NCBI GenBank assembly: GCA_029974275.1
Contig: JARKSN010000210.1
Coordinates: 1 to 12,066 of the forward strand
Origin: Candidatus Hydrogenedentota bacterium
GTDB lineage: Bacteria; Hydrogenedentota; Hydrogenedentia; Hydrogenedentales; SLHB01
Reading direction: 5' to 3'
DNA length: 12,066 nt
Of the stretch, positions 8,977-12,066 are shown one piece after another (position 1 is the first letter of the stretch; every line of letters begins with the position of its first letter). Position numbers and translations under genes: made by a program. Under the pieces are notes generated by a model. It saw nothing but the letters and a program-made list of their open reading frames with translations. It did not search any database and was not told the origin of the DNA.

Positions 8977-9020
8977 CAAAATATTGTGGTAGTCTACATT
9001 TTTGACTCTATCCGTAGTAG
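8974..9020. promoter_or_regulatory. Candidate tandem NrdR boxes
   Basis: CAACAAAATATTGTGG (8974-8989) matches acaCwAtATaTwGtgt at 12/16 with all core positions. ACTCTATCCGTAGTAG (9005-9020) matches 10/16 with a degenerate centre. Start-to-start offset is 31 bp. Confidence 0.45.
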
Positions 9021-9168
9021 AGAAATTCTCCAGCCTGCGCCCTCGCAACATCAAGGATACCACAGAATTTATTGTTTTTCATACGGAAAAAACAGGACAA
9101 ATCCCACCCCCTCCAAATCCGCGTGGGCATCTCCACATAACAGGGCCTTGGAACAACGATCCGAAGGC

Positions 9169-9192
9169 GTTTTCGTTGCGAAAACATCGCAA
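9169..9192. repeat. Two overlapping perfect inverted repeats (possible operator)
   Basis: GTTTTCG-TTG-CGAAAAC (9169-9185) and TTGCGA-AAACA-TCGCAA (9176-9192). Confidence 0.5.
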
Positions 9193-9426
9193 ACACTGAA
9201 AAGCTTGATTCCACAAAGGCTTTCTCCGGCCCCAGGACAGCGGGAGCGACAGGCCCCACATCTTGTAGGCCCTGCCCGGCGCATGAAAGCAATGGGATGC
9301 CTCCGCCGCTCCCGTCTTGCACTCGCCGTGACGATTGGGGCATAACGTAGTGGAACGCGGCGACGCCGCGGACGCGAATGCAGGAAGTTTTGCTAATACT
9401 CCATTTATCTAGAATAGGATATATTC

Positions 9427-10053
9427 GTGACCGCGCCCATGACCCAAGGCCTCCGGGCCGCGCACAAACTGATGCACGAAATAGAGAGCGAACCCGATCA
9501 CGCGCTTCAGGTCCGCAAAATCGCGCTGCAATTCTTCGACGCGACCGCGCCGTTGCATGGCATGGGACGGACGGAACGCGGGCTGCTCGAAGCGGCGGCG
9601 ATGCTTCACGATATCGGCCTCGCCGTCGACGTCTCTTCCCACCACAAAAAATCACGGGACCTTATTCTGGAAAATGGTTTGCCGGGATTCACCGAGGACC
9701 AGTTAAAAATGACGGCCTGCATCGCGCGGTACCATCGCAAAGCGCCGCCCCGGCCCGAACATAAGGTCTTCCGACAACTGTCTCCCGACGAACAAACCAC
9801 GGTCACGAAACTTGCCGCGCTGTTGCGCGTGGCCGACGGATTGGACCGCGCCCACTGCGGCGCGACGCAATCCCTCTCGGCGACAAGCGCCGCGGATCGC
9901 CTTGCGCTGTCCGTCGAACAACGGCGTCCGTGCCGCACGGATATCTGGGGCGCGTTGCGAAAACGAGGCTTGTTTGAAGAAACGTTTGGAGTGAAACTGG
10001 ACATCGCTGCAAACAAACCACGAGGCGCATCCAGACATGACGACGTTGCGTAA
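9427..10053 (+). CDS. Stand-alone HD-domain phosphohydrolase resembling the C-terminal region of Ppx/GppA
   Basis: GTG start 7 nt after AGGA (alternative ATG 9439). DHALQV..IALQFFD, LLEAAAMLHDIG, HHKKS..LI...LPGF, IARYHRK and LAALLRVADGLDR match the Ppx/GppA HD domain. No N-terminal ASKHA domain. Confidence 0.85.
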   Translation: MTAPMTQGLRAAHKLMHEIESEPDHALQVRKIALQFFDATAPLHGMGRTERGLLEAAAMLHDIGLAVDVSSHHKKSRDLILENGLPGFTEDQLKMTACIARYHRKAPPRPEHKVFRQLSPDEQTTVTKLAALLRVADGLDRAHCGATQSLSATSAADRLALSVEQRRPCRTDIWGALRKRGLFEETFGVKLDIAANKPRGASRHDDVA

Positions 10054-10441
10054 CGAAACCGAAGGCGCCCTAAAACAGCTTCTCCCGGAGCCGGAACCGG
10101 GCGCATTCGCCGTTGCCTTCGAATTCGCCCCGGAACTGGAAGTGTTCCAGGGACATTTCCCGGACAATCCCATCGTGCCCGGCGTCATGCAGATCGAGGC
10201 CGTGCGATGCGCCGCACAAGCAGCGCTAGGAAAACGGCTCCGCACAATGCGCATCCTCCGCGCCAAGTTCACGGGCGTGCTTCGGCCCGCGCAACCGGTG
10301 CTGGTCCAGGGCTCCCTGACATTCCGCGGGGAACGGGTGATTGTCAGAGCGGAACTTGCCGCGGCAGACCGCGCCATCGCCACGGTGAACCTGGAATTAC
10401 AAGAATGGAACCCCGAAACGAACAGCGGCATGCAACCGTGA
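10037..10441 (+). CDS. Hotdog-fold 3-hydroxyacyl-ACP dehydratase, ApeI/FabZ-like
   Basis: VFQGHFPDNPIVPGVMQIE (catalytic His motif) and AKFTGVLRP. Lacks the N-terminal LPHRYP segment of canonical FabZ, as ApeI-type subunits do. Overlaps the HD gene by 17 nt. Confidence 0.85.
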   Translation: MTTLRNETEGALKQLLPEPEPGAFAVAFEFAPELEVFQGHFPDNPIVPGVMQIEAVRCAAQAALGKRLRTMRILRAKFTGVLRPAQPVLVQGSLTFRGERVIVRAELAAADRAIATVNLELQEWNPETNSGMQP

Positions 10442-11283
10442 TGGATCGAAATGAACCAGCGAATCAGCGGCAACGCGATAACCGTTTCCCCGAGGCGTCG
10501 TACGGCAAGCCCCCAAGGCCCGTCGACCTCCACATCGGACTATGGCCCGAGTGCAATCTCCGTTGCTCCGCCTGCCGCGAAAATGCGCCCTCGAAAAACA
10601 CCGCCCTGAAACTGTACGACTTGCGCCGCGCCATCCGGCAGGCACACGCGATGGGCATACCGCGGATCGTGGCGTATGGAGCGGGCGAACCCCTTCTGCA
10701 CCCGCGCTTCCGGGAAGCGATCTCATTGATTTCCGCTTCCGGGCTCCGAATCGCCCTATGCACGAACGGAACCTTGATCACGGAAACTCTCGCTGCGTTC
10801 CTCTATCACCATGCCATCACGGTCATAGTGCGCCGGGACAGCGCCATCGCCTCGGTTCAGGACGAGTTGGCGGGCATGCCGGGAGCGAGCGCGCTCATGG
10901 AGCGAGGACGGCACGCCCTGTTCAAGGCGGGATACCCCGATCCGGAACACGGCCTGGGAATTCGGATTGCCGCATGTCGCGCCAACCAAGACGAAATGCC
11001 CGATCTGTGGTGCTGGGCGCGGAATCACGGAATCACCCCGTATCTCGAATGCCCGCACCTCACGACGCACCGCTCCCGAACGCGGATGTCCGGCGCGCTA
11101 TCACCTGTGGAAATGCACGCCCTCGCGCAAACATTGCATTCGATGCGTCCGGATGCGAAGGAACCGCTGTATTGGCCGCCCCTTCCCGCCGTGCGCTTTC
11201 TCGCGCATCAAGACGCAACGCTAGATGCGTCGTTCGGCGGCGGCGCGCCCGAAAACCGCCTAACCTGCGACACGCCGTCATGA
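10441..11283 (+). CDS. Radical SAM protein (280 aa) without a recognisable SPASM domain
   Basis: ATG 10441 in TGATG overlap with the upstream stop; the ORF-track start at 10207 lies inside the upstream gene. CNLRCSAC (CxxxCxxC, nt 10552-10575), GAGEPLLHP, CTNGTLIT. Confidence 0.85.
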   Translation: MDRNEPANQRQRDNRFPEASYGKPPRPVDLHIGLWPECNLRCSACRENAPSKNTALKLYDLRRAIRQAHAMGIPRIVAYGAGEPLLHPRFREAISLISASGLRIALCTNGTLITETLAAFLYHHAITVIVRRDSAIASVQDELAGMPGASALMERGRHALFKAGYPDPEHGLGIRIAACRANQDEMPDLWCWARNHGITPYLECPHLTTHRSRTRMSGALSPVEMHALAQTLHSMRPDAKEPLYWPPLPAVRFLAHQDATLDASFGGGAPENRLTCDTPS

Positions 11284-11338
11284 GACCCGAGACAACGCAA
11301 TACGCCATGAGAAAATATTCAGGGAGGTTGTAGCGAAC

Positions 11339-11803
11339 ATGGGAACGCCTGCAGAACAAATACTGTTGCACCGTCCGCCGATGCTGCTGGTGGACGAGTT
11401 GATTGAATGCGCCGGCGACCATGCCGTGGCGCGCGTCTGCTTCGCAAACCGGCCCTACTGCATCGCGGAAGGCTTCGTGTGTGAACCGGCGCTGGCGGAA
11501 GCGATGGCGCAAACCGTAGCAGCCCACTTCGGTTGCGCCGGAACCCCGGCCCCCGGAATGCTCGCCGCCATCGACGGATTCGAGTGCCTCCGGGCCGTCC
11601 GTCCCGAATGGACCCTCGAGATCGCCATCACGATCACGCGACGTCTGCCGCCGTTCTGCGCCGCCACCGGCGCTGTCCGCCATCAAGGCGAAACCATCGC
11701 CGCGGGCTCCATGAAATTCTTCATCGGCGAACTCCCTGCCGAAACACAGCCCGCGCCCAAGAACCCGCTTCCGAAAGCGCCGCCTCAATCGGGCGTCAGT
11801 TGA
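11339..11803 (+). CDS. Hotdog-fold dehydratase, ApeP/FabZ-like
   Basis: ILLHRPPMLLVDEL, LAEAMAQTVAAH.G, GML..I..F. No GHFP catalytic His. RBS GGGAGGT at 11322-11328. Confidence 0.82.
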   Translation: MGTPAEQILLHRPPMLLVDELIECAGDHAVARVCFANRPYCIAEGFVCEPALAEAMAQTVAAHFGCAGTPAPGMLAAIDGFECLRAVRPEWTLEIAITITRRLPPFCAATGAVRHQGETIAAGSMKFFIGELPAETQPAPKNPLPKAPPQSGVS

Positions 11804-12065
11804 GGTATCCAATTGCCTTGAACTGATCGATCTCGTCTTGGCTGGCCTCGCGGCGACACGGCGTCGGAGGAACCTCGGGGTGCTCCTCCTCCCAACTTTC
11901 CAGAAAACTTCGCCATTTCTCGGCCACTTCCGGACGCTGGTCGATTTCGTCCGTCCGCTTTCCATTTTCCTTGATGCCAACGCGCTGAAGCTCGCGCGGG
12001 TTAAGCCCATTGTGGGAATCCCGGTTTTCGAAATACTTCCACGCATCCGAAAAAACGGCGGTCTT
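11796..12065 (-). CDS. C-terminal fragment of a second sulfatase-like hydrolase (runs off the window edge)
   Basis: Manual translation of the - strand from 12065: KTAVFSDAWKYFENRDSHNGLNPRELQRVGIKENGKRTDEIDQRPEVAEKWRSFLESWEEEHPEVPPTPCRREASQDEIDQFKAIGYLN*. WKY, PEVAE and terminal QFKAIGYL parallel the QLETLGYL end of the 1386-3506 protein. Not in the ORF track because no start is in the window. Confidence 0.75.
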   Translation of the reverse strand, partial: KTAVFSDAWKYFENRDSHNGLNPRELQRVGIKENGKRTDEIDQRPEVAEKWRSFLESWEEEHPEVPPTPCRREASQDEIDQFKAIGYLN

Positions 12066-12066
12066 G

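Noticed and set aside
9189..9246. Resemblance to a c-di-GMP-I riboswitch (GCAAAC...GAAA...CAAAG...CTCCGGCC...GACAGCGGGAG)
   Set aside because: The conserved GACGCAAAG junction is missing, the stem around GAAA pairs poorly, and there is no tetraloop receptor. Treated as chance; cmscan with the Rfam c-di-GMP-I model would settle it.
8971..9345. Short ORFs in the ftsK-HD intergenic region
   Set aside because: No motifs or convincing RBS, and they overlap promoter and operator-like elements.
9349..9395. Possible sigma54 promoter (TGGAAC.. or ..TTTTGCT) upstream of the HD gene
   Set aside because: Neither candidate gives the required GG-N10-GC spacing.
9390..9420. Sigma70 promoter TTGCTA...TAGAAT/TAGGAT for the HD gene
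   Set aside because: Spacers are 14 or 19 nt, outside the usual 16-18. A promoter here is likely but I cannot define its elements.
10037..11803. Calling the right-hand cassette an aryl polyene, ladderane or RiPP cluster
   Set aside because: No ketosynthase, ACP, reductase, RRE or credible precursor in the window; only the dehydratase similarity is supported.

Overview
A GC-rich bacterial chromosomal window with no mobile element, RNA gene or CRISPR array that I can support. Left (+): the 3' part of a NupG/XapB-type MFS symporter, then a multi-TM membrane-anchored sulfatase-like enzyme with Thr in place of the usual Cys/Ser nucleophile. Middle (-): a housekeeping operon ftsK - short rodZ-like HTH - pgsA - alr - yacP/rae1 (NYN RNase), with a strong sigma70 promoter whose -35 overlaps a candidate NrdR box (a second box lies 31 bp away). 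A palindrome-rich 521-bp divergent intergenic region follows. Right (+): a compact four-gene cassette of stand-alone Ppx/GppA-type HD domain, ApeI/FabZ-like hotdog dehydratase, SPASM-less radical SAM protein and ApeP-like hotdog dehydratase. This is the best candidate for an undescribed system (acyl-chain/lipid tailoring). The window ends with the C-terminus of a second sulfatase-like gene on the - strand that the ORF track missed. All calls come from reading motifs by eye; no searches were run.
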